NCBI GenBank assembly: GCA_964601615.1
Contig: CAZRNZ010000002.1
Coordinates: 73,339 to 137,338 of the forward strand
Length of the DNA: 64,000 nucleotides
Direction: 5' to 3'
Origin: an uncultured Candidatus Saccharibacteria bacterium
Lineage (GTDB): Bacteria > Patescibacteriota > Minisyncoccia > Phycocordibacterales > UBA918
The position numbers and the translations under genes were made by a program. Shown piece by piece: positions 37,487-45,593 of the stretch (position 1 is the stretch's first letter; each line of letters opens with the position of its first letter). The notes beneath the pieces were generated by a model, which saw only the letters and a program-made list of their open reading frames with translations, was not told the DNA's origin and searched no databases.

Positions 37487-38959
37487 CTAACCAACCTTAT
37501 GACTTCGTTCAATTTTCTTTATTTCAGCTAACTCTTCTTCCTTTTGTCTTTCCTTACCTTGTTCACCAAGTTCTTTTAATTCATTTTCACTTAACTTTAG
37601 TAGTTCCAAAACCCTATTATCCATATATTCTTCGGTATTTTTTGAAGGATCTTCTAGTACTTCTTCTAAAAGTGCATGAAGAATGTAACCAAGCTTTCTT
37701 CCTGGTTTCTCACCAGTGTCTTTCATTATCTTGTCACCGTTAGTTTTAAGCATTTTGACTGAAATAGGGTCACGTAATGCTTGATCTACCATTGATTTGT
37801 ATTTACGGAAGCGGAAAGGTTGTTCTTTTGGTCTGCCTGTACCAACTCTGTCCAAAACTCGTAATGTTAGCAAGTCTTCAATATTTTCCTCCCCTACTCT
37901 TGTGATGGTGCGTCTTACGGCAGAAAGACTAATCTCATCTGGATCAGCAAAAAACATATGCCAACGCACTAATATCTCTACTTTTTTGGCCATTTCATTA
38001 GGGATTTTTAGCCTTTTCATTATCTTAGCCGTCATTTTGGCTCCTACAACTTCATGACCAAAAAACGTGTAACGTTTATTTTTACCGCCTTCCCTTCTGG
38101 TAGCTGGTTTACCAATATCGTGTAACAAGGCTGCTATACGCATTTCAGTAGAAAGTTTCTTATCTGCAGCTGCTTGCATGCTACGAAGAAGATGTTCGTA
38201 AACATCAAAAGCGTGAATTCCTCCTTGTTCACAACCAATAGAATCTTTTATTTCAGGTAAAACATAGTCAATCAAACCAAGTTTTTCCAACATCACTATC
38301 CCCATCATGGGATTATCAGAATTTATAATACGGATAAATTCGTCACGAATACGTTCAGCAGAAATATGGCTCAAAAGAGTGCTATTTTTGGAAATAGAGT
38401 TCATTGTTTCAGACTCAATAGCAAAATTTAACTCAGCAGAAAGTCGGATAGCTCGCATCATACGAAGGGCGTCTTCACTAAAGCGCTCATCGGGATTTCC
38501 TACCGTTTTGAGGCGTTTTTTACGCATATCGTCTTCCCCGTCAAACAAGTCAACAGTCTTTTCATCCTTAAGACGAAAAGCAATAGCATTTACAGTAAAG
38601 TCTCTTCTTTTTAAGTCTTCTTCTAAAGAAACACCAAACTCCACGTTGTCTGGTCTTCTTCTATCAGAGTAGCCACTTTCTGTACGATAAGGAGTTACTT
38701 CTACTACCTTAAGTGTTTCCTCTTCTGTATCTTCATTTATCACCCCCACAGTTCCATAGTCATTGTTGGCATAAGAGTCTGGGAAAATAGCTTGAATCTC
38801 TTCTGGAGTTGCATTGGTGGTTAGATCCCAATCCTTCGGAGTCCTCTTTAGCATTAAGTCGCGCACACATCCGCCTACCAAATATGCTTCAAAACCGTTT
38901 TCTTCTAATCTTTCAGAAATAGCCACTACTTCTTTTGGAACATCTTCTCTTGTTAGCAT
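37487..38959 (-). CDS. cca: CCA tRNA nucleotidyltransferase (class II NTase with HD domain)
   Basis: LVGGCVRDLML head motif, the HD-domain HDIGK motif, and tRNA-NT body domains. Confidence 0.88.
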   Translation of the reverse strand: MLTREDVPKEVVAISERLEENGFEAYLVGGCVRDLMLKRTPKDWDLTTNATPEEIQAIFPDSYANNDYGTVGVINEDTEEETLKVVEVTPYRTESGYSDRRRPDNVEFGVSLEEDLKRRDFTVNAIAFRLKDEKTVDLFDGEDDMRKKRLKTVGNPDERFSEDALRMMRAIRLSAELNFAIESETMNSISKNSTLLSHISAERIRDEFIRIINSDNPMMGIVMLEKLGLIDYVLPEIKDSIGCEQGGIHAFDVYEHLLRSMQAAADKKLSTEMRIAALLHDIGKPATRREGGKNKRYTFFGHEVVGAKMTAKIMKRLKIPNEMAKKVEILVRWHMFFADPDEISLSAVRRTITRVGEENIEDLLTLRVLDRVGTGRPKEQPFRFRKYKSMVDQALRDPISVKMLKTNGDKIMKDTGEKPGRKLGYILHALLEEVLEDPSKNTEEYMDNRVLELLKLSENELKELGEQGKERQKEEELAEIKKIERSHKVG

Positions 38960-39043
38960 AAATTATTGATTTTAATTGTATCAATAGATTGTTTATTTGT
39001 CGTTGCTTTTTGTCTCTCTTAAAAGTATAGTAGTTGTCTAAAT

Positions 39044-39116
39044 GCGCCTGTGGTGAAATGGATATCACAACTGACTTCGGATCAGTCGTTCTGGGTTCGA
39101 GTCCTGGCAGGCGCAC
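39044..39116 (+). tRNA. tRNA-Arg (anticodon UCG)
   Basis: Manual cloverleaf: acceptor GCGCCTG/CAGGCGC, D-stem GTGA/TCAC, anticodon stem ACTGA/TCAGT with loop CTTCGGA, T-loop TTCGAGT. CCA is not encoded. Confidence 0.8.
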
Positions 39117-39124
39117 TGATACAT

Positions 39125-39148
39125 AAAACCTGCCCTGCGGCAGGTTTT
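39125..39148 (+). terminator. Terminator after tRNA-Arg
   Basis: aaaacctgccctgcggcaggtttt. Confidence 0.65.
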
Positions 39149-39157
39149 ATGATAAGT

Positions 39158-39260
39158 GCGAGGCGAAGCGTTGTATTTTTATCTTTTCATAGAGAAAAAT
39201 ACCGCGAGCCGGGGTCGAGAGTGCTTAGTAAAATAAGAGCGTAGCGAATATATTTTACTT
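39158..39260 (+). repeat. tRNA-linked repeat, copy A
   Basis: The 55-nt core GGCGAAGCGTTGTATTTTTATCTTTTCATAGAGAAAAATACCGCGAGCCGGGG matches 45599-45648 with about 4 mismatches and contains an internal hairpin. Confidence 0.7.
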
Positions 39261-39431
39261 AGCAACTCGTGACCACTTGTTATATTTAACTACAAAGTTC
39301 TACCTTGTAATTAGGTAACCACATAGATACTACTGTAAACAAAAAAGCCCTGCTGTGGTGGAACACAACAGGGCTAGGCCAAGAGGCCTTTAATCAGGCT
39401 TGGAACAACCTGATCGATGCGACTGGATCAG

Positions 39432-40040
39432 CTAAGTCTGGTCGCAAGGTTGAATATAATAGAAATCAGTTAATTTCAAGGCTTTTAGTAAATCATTTAC
39501 CTGCACACTCATCTCCTTGGTACCATCTACCACTAAGTCAGCAAATTCCTTAGGCGAGCTCTCTTTGGTGTATTCAAGTTCTTTAGTCTGCCAATTTAGC
39601 CAAGATTGTTTGATTTCTTCTTCACTTTTACCATCCATTCCTCTATCTCTTTCTATTCCCCTTTCTAAACAAATATCTAACGGAGTATCAACAAAAATCC
39701 CATAATCAATATATGGTCTTAAATTTGTTTTGAGTGAACTAATTCCCTCTAGAATCATTACTTCTGTAACAGCTTGGTTTGTCACTGGTTCAGGAAAATG
39801 TTCTTCCCACCACTTAGATCTAGGGTAATTAAGTTCTCTTTCTCCATTAATAATTGGCTCAAACACTAGCTTTATCATTTCATCTTGCCAAGCAGTCGGA
39901 TTCTCCCAGCTAGCAAAATCATCGGTATGAATTATTTCGGCTTGTAATTTATCAGATAAGTATTTTGCTAGTGTTGATTTGCCTGACCCACCGTGTCCGT
40001 CAACAGCTATCAGTTTTATGGGTAGTTTCCCTCTTTTCAT
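39432..40040 (-). CDS. P-loop nucleoside/nucleotide kinase family protein (uridine-kinase-like fold)
   Basis: Walker A AVDGHGGSGKSTLAKYL near the N-terminus, 202 aa. Substrate unknown. Confidence 0.65.
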   Translation of the reverse strand: MKRGKLPIKLIAVDGHGGSGKSTLAKYLSDKLQAEIIHTDDFASWENPTAWQDEMIKLVFEPIINGERELNYPRSKWWEEHFPEPVTNQAVTEVMILEGISSLKTNLRPYIDYGIFVDTPLDICLERGIERDRGMDGKSEEEIKQSWLNWQTKELEYTKESSPKEFADLVVDGTKEMSVQVNDLLKALKLTDFYYIQPCDQT

Positions 40041-40141
40041 AACAAAAGTCTATAACAAAAATTTCTTTATACAATATGCAATTTGCATGTTAATAACTGT
40101 TCAACTTGAACAGTCGTTTATGTATATAATATATACATTCT

Positions 40142-40807
40142 ATGATTCGAAATGAAGAAAAGTACCAAAAAGCAACATATTTTCGTAAGCGTGGTTTTTC
40201 TTATACAGAAATAGCTAAATTGGTGGGTGTTTCCCGTGGAACATTAAGTAATTGGTTTGCTAAAAAAAGCTTTTCTAAAAAGGTTAAAGTTGATAATGAA
40301 ATAAAGACAAGAAAAGAAAATGTTAAAAGAATCTCACTTTTAAATAAGGCCCGTCAAACAGAAAAAAATAAAAAGCATAAAGAAGTTCTTAAATCAGCCA
40401 ATACTGAGTATAAAAATTATCGCCATCTTCCCCACTTTATGGCGGGAATAGCCCTATATGTGGCCGTGGGTGATTTAGGTAACAATAACAATATTAGATT
40501 ATCTGATTCTAGAATAGATATTCATAAGATCTTTATAAGGTTTTTAGTAGATTTTCTTGGGATGGATAAAAAAGATATCAAATGTTGGTTAGCAATTGAT
40601 TCTAAAGAAAAGGAATCTAAGGAAGTTGCTGTTTGGTCTAAGTTATTAAAGATATCTTCTGAAAATTTCTATAAAAGTCAGGTCATAAGTAATATTAATC
40701 AATCAACATTGCGAAAAACCATAGGAAATACTATAATCGTAAACGCTACTTTGAAGCAGAAGCTCAATAGATGGGTAGAGTTGGCCTCAAAAGAGTTAGT
40801 TAAATAA
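40142..40807 (+). CDS. Lys-rich protein with an N-terminal helix-turn-helix
   Basis: RKRGFSYTEIAKLVGVSRGTLSNWF HTH at residues 15-40. The rest has no recognisable domain. The stop abuts tRNA-Gly(GCC). Confidence 0.5.
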   Translation: MIRNEEKYQKATYFRKRGFSYTEIAKLVGVSRGTLSNWFAKKSFSKKVKVDNEIKTRKENVKRISLLNKARQTEKNKKHKEVLKSANTEYKNYRHLPHFMAGIALYVAVGDLGNNNNIRLSDSRIDIHKIFIRFLVDFLGMDKKDIKCWLAIDSKEKESKEVAVWSKLLKISSENFYKSQVISNINQSTLRKTIGNTIIVNATLKQKLNRWVELASKELVK

Positions 40808-40809
40808 AA

Positions 40810-40880
40810 GCGGCCATGGTTAAGTGGTATAATGAGTCCTTGCCAAGGATTAGTGGAGAGTTCGATTCTCTCTGGCCGCA
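40810..40880 (+). tRNA. tRNA-Gly (anticodon GCC)
   Basis: Acceptor GCGGCCA/TGGCCGC, anticodon stem AGTCC/GGATT with loop TTGCCAA, T-arm GAGAG-TTCGATT-CTCTC. Confidence 0.8.
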
Positions 40881-40924
40881 CATATGAAAAACCCCCTTAT
40901 AGGGGGTTTTTCATATGTGCGGCC
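40874..40924. repeat. 23-bp perfect inverted repeat (hairpin) whose 5-prime arm overlaps the last 7 nt of tRNA-Gly(GCC)
   Basis: ggccgcacatatgaaaaaccccc ttat gggggtttttcatatgtgcggcc. The arms contain the CATATGAAA(AA)C half of the 14-bp palindrome family. Confidence 0.8.
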
Positions 40925-40960
40925 AGAGGAAGATACTTCCTGTCTCTCCGTAAAAAATCA

Positions 40961-41050
40961 AAAAGCGGAGTGTTGAACTTTTGCCTTATAAGCAAAAGTT
41001 CCGCGGTTTTGGGCAGCGGGTACTTTTGAGCAAAGCGAATTAGGAACTTT
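40961..41050 (+). repeat. tRNA-linked repeat, copy B (rearranged or degenerate)
   Basis: Shares aaagcggag(t/c)gttg, ccgcggttttgggcagcgggtac (like cgcggttttcccgtgctcgcac) and gagcaaagcgaattaggaactt with copy C. Confidence 0.55.
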
Positions 41051-41096
41051 TGTTGCTTCTCTCTAACATGTCTGCCAACACTTCCTTTTCCCTAGT

Positions 41097-41823
41097 GTTT
41101 CATATGAAACAAGTTATCCACAAAGTTAAATGTTCTGTCCTAGATTTTGAGACTGTGTATAACTAAGGGGACAAGTGGATTAAGGACTTTCTGTTTTGTT
41201 CTTAATATTTGTAAATATGGCTATAAATAAGGGTCTTTTAAGACTTTTATGCCCTATACAGTAATCTTATACGTTTCACGTGAAACATCTAGATATATGT
41301 TTCATATGAAACGTTACAAATATAATGCACTTGAGAGTGAGGTTATAATCAGATTAGTGACCAATAAAAAGAATAATAAAATAATGGGTAATTTAGGTGA
41401 AGATATTGCCGAAAAATACCTTAGAAATAAGGGTTTTATTATTTTAGAAAGAAACTATTTAAGAAAATGGGGAGAAATAGATATTGTTACACGTGGAACC
41501 GGACTTGAATGGAAAAATTCTGATGTTTCATATGAAACATCAGAAAAAGTACATTTTGTGGAAGTTAAGAGTGTTTCATATGAAACAAAAGAGGAATTAG
41601 CTTGGGCTGTTACACATGAAACATGGCGACCAGAAGAAATGGTTCATTTTCATAAAATGAAACAAATAAGAAAAGTCGTTGAATCTTGGTTGATTGAAAA
41701 TAATTGGGAAGGGGATATTCAGATTGACGTCATTGCAGTCAGGATCGTTTCACGTGAAAAGTATGCAACAGTAAAATATATACCAAACATAATCTTAGAT
41801 TAATGTGTCACGTGTAACATAAC
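41097..41823. repeat. Array of about 8 copies of a 14-bp palindrome GTTTCA(TA/CG)TGAAAC, irregularly spaced, in and flanking the YraN-like gene
   Basis: Perfect copies at 41097, 41273, 41299, 41525 (extended 20-bp palindrome gatgtttcatatgaaacatc) and 41573. One-mismatch copies at 41609 and 41747. Degenerate copies at about 41480 and 41806. Confidence 0.85.
41384..41803 (+). CDS. yraN: YraN/UPF0102-family predicted endonuclease (restriction-endonuclease-like fold) with repeat-encoded insertions
   Basis: GNLGEDIAEKYLRNKGFIILERNYLRKWGEIDIV ... VHFVEVKS ... IDVIAV matches the YraN core motifs. The ORF-track start at 41249 adds 45 aa that contain two palindromes, so the start was set at the Met preceding the GxxGE motif. 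Confidence 0.6.
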   Translation: MGNLGEDIAEKYLRNKGFIILERNYLRKWGEIDIVTRGTGLEWKNSDVSYETSEKVHFVEVKSVSYETKEELAWAVTHETWRPEEMVHFHKMKQIRKVVESWLIENNWEGDIQIDVIAVRIVSREKYATVKYIPNIILD

Positions 41824-41860
41824 TAAGTGGCTAATAATATGGATATTATAGGTATGTCCT

Positions 41861-41906
41861 TTATAGAAGACGTTTATGTCTTTTATAAAGGACATACATT
41901 TTGATT
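41861..41906. repeat. Hairpin repeat ATGTCCTTTAYA...TRTAAAGGACAT, copy 2 (copy 1 at 36157-36185)
   Basis: gtatgtcctttata gaagacgtttatgtcttt tataaaggacatac. Copy 1 is atgtcctttaca taattt gtaaaggacat. Confidence 0.7.
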
Positions 41907-41947
41907 AATACGACCTTCAGTTTGAATTAATTTTGTCCACATAAATA

Positions 41948-41981
41948 AAGCGCTTTTAAACTTTAGTTTAAAAGCGCTTTA
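41948..41981 (-). terminator. Terminator downstream of tRNA-Pro
   Basis: aaagcgcttttaaactttagtttaaaagcgcttt. Confidence 0.65.
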
Positions 41982-41988
41982 TTTGTTG

Positions 41989-42059
41989 TCGGGGAGCCGG
42001 GAATCGAACCCGGACCACACGGTCCCAAACCGCGTACACTACCACTATGCTACACCCCG
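41989..42059 (-). tRNA. tRNA-Pro (anticodon UGG)
   Basis: Acceptor CGGGGTG/CTCCCCG with one T-T mismatch, anticodon stem CGCGG/CCGTG with loop TTTGGGA, T-arm CCGGG-TTCGATT-CCCGG. Confidence 0.7.
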
Positions 42060-42086
42060 AGGAAGTGAGAGTCGTGATATTTGTTT

Positions 42087-42146
42087 TCTCAGAGTTCAAA
42101 CGAAAAAAGGGGAGTTTCCTCACATTTTTTCGTTTGAACTCTGAGA
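42087..42146. promoter_or_regulatory. 22-bp perfect inverted repeat in the divergent tRNA-Pro / sigma-factor promoter region
   Basis: tctcagagttcaaacgaaaaaa [16-nt loop] ttttttcgtttgaactctgaga. Confidence 0.6.
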
Positions 42147-42311
42147 TAGCAAGCTTTGCTTGCAAAATATCAAGACCGAATAACGAAAGGGTGAAAGCTT
42201 GCTTACACCACTGATACCTTTTGATTAACTTCCGCAAATTCATCAACAAACTTGCGACAAAATCATATCACTTTTTCTGAAAAAAGCGAGACTTGAATAA
42301 GATTATGTGCA

Positions 42312-42956
42312 ATGAAAGATATCGGCATTTGGCTCGTCTATGTATATAATGGATTCCACATGGCTAGTAACCACAAAACAGGCCAAATATCTGGAAGCCA
42401 GGAGGATCTTTTTTTGAAAGCCTTTGACGAGTATGGAGATGCGCTTTTTCGACACGCCTTCATGCGAATAAGTGACAGAGAGCGGGCAATAGACCTGGTT
42501 CATGATACTTATGCAAAAGTGTGGTCATATGTAAGGTCTGGTCATGAAATAGATTCCTTTCGACCTTTTCTATATAAGGTTTTAAACAATCTGATTATAG
42601 ACGAGTATCGAAAGAAGAAAGAATCATCGCTAGATGCTTTGCTAGAAGCTGATGGTGTGAGTGAGGCTAGTTTTGATGGCTTGATAGAAGACGGTACAGA
42701 ATCTCTCATCAACAATATCGATGGCGGAAAGGCCTTTGATTTACTCAGTACATTGCCAGATGATTATAGGGAAGTGATGATACTAAAGTTTGTTGATGGG
42801 CTAGGTCCTAAAGAAATAGCATCACTTATCGAAGAGACGGAAAATGTTGTCTCTGTAAGACTCTATCGTGCTATGAAGGCCTTGCGAAACGCAATTGAAG
42901 AAGAGGAAAATCGCTTGATCGGTAATAGTAAAAATTCCAATCAAGATGATATTTAA
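42312..42956 (+). CDS. RNA polymerase sigma-70 family factor, ECF-like
   Basis: Region 2 (DLVHDTYAKVWSYV...FRPFLYKVLNNLIIDEYRKK) and region 4 HTH (DYREVMILKFVDGLGPKEIASLIEETENVVSVRLYRAMKALR). An alternative start is at 42360. Confidence 0.85.
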   Translation: MKDIGIWLVYVYNGFHMASNHKTGQISGSQEDLFLKAFDEYGDALFRHAFMRISDRERAIDLVHDTYAKVWSYVRSGHEIDSFRPFLYKVLNNLIIDEYRKKKESSLDALLEADGVSEASFDGLIEDGTESLINNIDGGKAFDLLSTLPDDYREVMILKFVDGLGPKEIASLIEETENVVSVRLYRAMKALRNAIEEEENRLIGNSKNSNQDDI

Positions 42957-44205
42957 ATATAAAATGGAAGATTTTAATCAACAATTTAATAAAAAAGCCA
43001 AGCAGATATCTTTAACTGCAAGTGAGCGCAATGAACTGCGTGAGAGTATTTTGGTTTATATGGATTATCATCCTTTAACTGAAAGTCAGGGTCTTCCAAA
43101 AAGAAAGAAAAAAGATGTTCAAAACTTTTTTCAGAGCCAAATTAATAATGGCTGGTTTTGGGTAAAAGCATCAGGTGTGACAGCAATGTTTTTTATAATG
43201 GTTGTACCTCTTTTGGCAGAAAGATCTTTACCAGGGGATGTGTTGTATCCAATTAAGGTTAGTTTTAACGAAGAATTGCGCGGTGCTTTGGTTTCTTCAC
43301 CATACCAGAAGATTGAATGGGAAACAGAGAGGTTGGAGCGCAGAGTGTCCGAAGTAAAGCTTTTAGCAGATTCTGGGAAGCTTACAACTTCAGCCGAAGC
43401 AGATGTAGCTAAGGCTATGCGTCAGCATAGTAATGCAGCAAAGCAAAGTATTGAGTCAATCAGAGAAAGTAATTCGGATGATGCTTCTATTGCAAATATT
43501 GCTTTAGCTTCAACCTTGGACATATCGGCTGAGATGTTGTCGGGGAGGGTTGCAACAGGAAGTGCCACTTCATCTGCAATGGTTGATGCTGTTAGTGAGG
43601 CTAGAGCGTCAATGGTCTTGGTTGGAAATAATGTTTCATACGATAATTTGATGTCCCGTATTGAGTCTGAAACAACTAGAGCTTACGAATATCTGAATGG
43701 TATAAGCGCTTCTATTTCATCTAGTGATAAGCAGGCAATAGAACGTCGGCTAGAAGATGTTAAAGGAAGGGTAGAATCTGCAACAGAATTACGTGAAAGA
43801 GATGGTGCCGCTGCTGTAAGTGCTTTAGTGGAGGCATTGAGCAGTACTAATAAAGTGATGGTTTTCATGACAAATCTTGAGTTGCGCAAAACTGTTGCCA
43901 TTGAAAAATTAATTCCTTCTGTGCCAACTAAGAGTGAGGAATCTGAATTATTGAAGGTGAAGTTATCTGATATTTCATTGACTGCATCCAAGATTGATAC
44001 GGCCATATCTGAATTAGCTACCACCTCAGAAGGGTATAGTGACATGGTTTTACAAATGAAAGAATATAAAGAGATGAGTTCATCCAGTTTGAATATGTTA
44101 GAGAAGGGGGAGTTACAGAATGCTAAGGAATCTGTTGCTAATATTATGAAAAAAGTAGATCAAGTTATTGTTAATCTGAAATTGGTTGGTGTGGAGATTA
44201 AGTAG
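42946..44205 (+). CDS. Single-pass membrane protein overlapping the sigma gene, putative anti-sigma factor
   Basis: About 70-aa cytoplasmic N-terminus, one TM (WFWVKASGVTAMFFIMVVPLLA), about 330-aa helical extracytoplasmic domain. Role inferred from the 11-bp overlap with the ECF sigma gene. Confidence 0.45.
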   Translation: MIFKYKMEDFNQQFNKKAKQISLTASERNELRESILVYMDYHPLTESQGLPKRKKKDVQNFFQSQINNGWFWVKASGVTAMFFIMVVPLLAERSLPGDVLYPIKVSFNEELRGALVSSPYQKIEWETERLERRVSEVKLLADSGKLTTSAEADVAKAMRQHSNAAKQSIESIRESNSDDASIANIALASTLDISAEMLSGRVATGSATSSAMVDAVSEARASMVLVGNNVSYDNLMSRIESETTRAYEYLNGISASISSSDKQAIERRLEDVKGRVESATELRERDGAAAVSALVEALSSTNKVMVFMTNLELRKTVAIEKLIPSVPTKSEESELLKVKLSDISLTASKIDTAISELATTSEGYSDMVLQMKEYKEMSSSSLNMLEKGELQNAKESVANIMKKVDQVIVNLKLVGVEIK

Positions 44206-44229
44206 GAGTGATAGGATTTTTGGTAAACA

Positions 44230-44260
44230 AATGACCGCCAGCTTTGCTGGCGGTCATTTA
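44230..44260. terminator. Bidirectional terminator
   Basis: aaatgaccgccagctttgctggcggtcattt. Confidence 0.7.
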
Positions 44261-44272
44261 GTTTTCTTTTAT

Positions 44273-45337
44273 CTATTTTATATTCTGGGAGAGTATCTTG
44301 GTTAAAATAATACCTACTGTTTCGTTAAAAAGTTCAGCCCTTTCGTCCAGGTTCCCTTTTGACATTGTGTTTATATCAAAACCAGTTTCTTCATAGACTG
44401 TTCTATTTATGTAAGAAGTTGATATGGCATTTAAAGCAGTCGAGTCATCCTCTTTTGTGCTTACAACTCCAATTGATTCTCCTTTGTGGTTTATTACTGG
44501 ACTACCAGATGCTCCTTGGTAACCAACAGGGGAATTATCAAGAGAAATTAAATCTGCCAAACCACTACCGAATGTGTACATTTTTTTAATTGTTGTAGTA
44601 GAAATAGTTTTTGTATTCTCTTGAGAGATGGATTTATTTAATGGGTATCCTACTAGTATTACTGTACTATCATGCTCACTAACTTCTAATGGAGAGGTTA
44701 GTGAGGGTATAAAGGCAAAGTTTTCTATTTTTTTATTATCATTAGATGTTAAATAAATAAAAGCAAAGTCATTTTCACCTGTTCCTCTTGGTTCAGTGGC
44801 TGATATTAAGTGAGCATTTCTGATAACCCAAGAAGGTGATATGTACAACAGTTTTGTATTGTAAATTGTTTCCATATCTTCTCCTGTTCTTGCTTCACAA
44901 TCTATCTCACCAAGAGAATTATCATTTTGAAGTAAAAGGAATTGAGCAATGTGAGCATTTGTTATAACTAGACCATTTTGACTAATAACGAACCCGGTTC
45001 CGGTAATGGTTTTGTTGGCTTCATTGGTTTGAAGTTTACAACTAATCTTTACTATTGCATCTTCAATGTTTTCATTTTTGGCGGTAGTTATAATTTCTTC
45101 TGACGAAGTAATTTCCTCTGAAGATGCTAATCTTATTGCCTCCAATCTTATTCTTTCGAGAGATAGTTTTAGTACATCGACAATTGAATTGTTGGATGTC
45201 TCGTCAGAAATTATTGATATCGATGCTGACTGATCTTTAATTTCCTCTTTGGAGTTTTTATTCAATACTGACCAAAACAAAGTTGCTATCAGAAAAGTCA
45301 GTATTATAGATATTAATATTTTGGTCAATTTTATCAT
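44273..45337 (-). CDS. Membrane-anchored trypsin-like (S1) serine protease
   Basis: N-terminal TM. Catalytic-triad contexts TGTGFVISQNGLVITNAHI (His), DFAFI (Asp), GASGSPVIN (Ser). Confidence 0.8.
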   Translation of the reverse strand: MIKLTKILISIILTFLIATLFWSVLNKNSKEEIKDQSASISIISDETSNNSIVDVLKLSLERIRLEAIRLASSEEITSSEEIITTAKNENIEDAIVKISCKLQTNEANKTITGTGFVISQNGLVITNAHIAQFLLLQNDNSLGEIDCEARTGEDMETIYNTKLLYISPSWVIRNAHLISATEPRGTGENDFAFIYLTSNDNKKIENFAFIPSLTSPLEVSEHDSTVILVGYPLNKSISQENTKTISTTTIKKMYTFGSGLADLISLDNSPVGYQGASGSPVINHKGESIGVVSTKEDDSTALNAISTSYINRTVYEETGFDINTMSKGNLDERAELFNETVGIILTKILSQNIK

Positions 45338-45430
45338 TAGATAAATTTAAGATGATAAAGGAAAAAAGTAAAACAATATCTTTGTGGGTATTGGAAAAAT
45401 GGTTGGCTTTGTGGTAATATCGCTCTGCCT

Positions 45431-45501
45431 GCGGGCATAGTTTAGTGGTAAAACGTCTGCCTTCCAAGCAGAAGATCGGAGTTCGATTCCCCGTGCCCGC
45501 A
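45431..45501 (+). tRNA. tRNA-Gly (anticodon UCC)
   Basis: Acceptor GCGGGCA/TGCCCGC, D-stem GTTT/AAAC, anticodon stem TCTGC/GCAGA with loop CTTCCAA, T-loop TTCGATT. Upstream promoter TTGGAA-18-TAATAT with an extended -10. Confidence 0.8.
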
Positions 45502-45510
45502 CTAGTAAAC

Positions 45511-45540
45511 AAAAAGAACACACTTTTGTGTGTTCTTTTT
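45511..45540 (+). terminator. Terminator after tRNA-Gly(UCC)
   Basis: aaaaagaacacacttttgtgtgttcttttt. Confidence 0.65.
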
Positions 45541-45593
45541 GTACGTGTGTGGGCAACAGTAAGCGCCACTTCGGCGCTTACGTGGGGAATCGA

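Noticed and set aside
41097-41823. CRISPR array interpretation of the repeated palindromes
   Set aside because: Repeats are only 14 bp, irregularly spaced (26-226 bp) and lie inside a conserved protein-coding frame. No cas genes are present.
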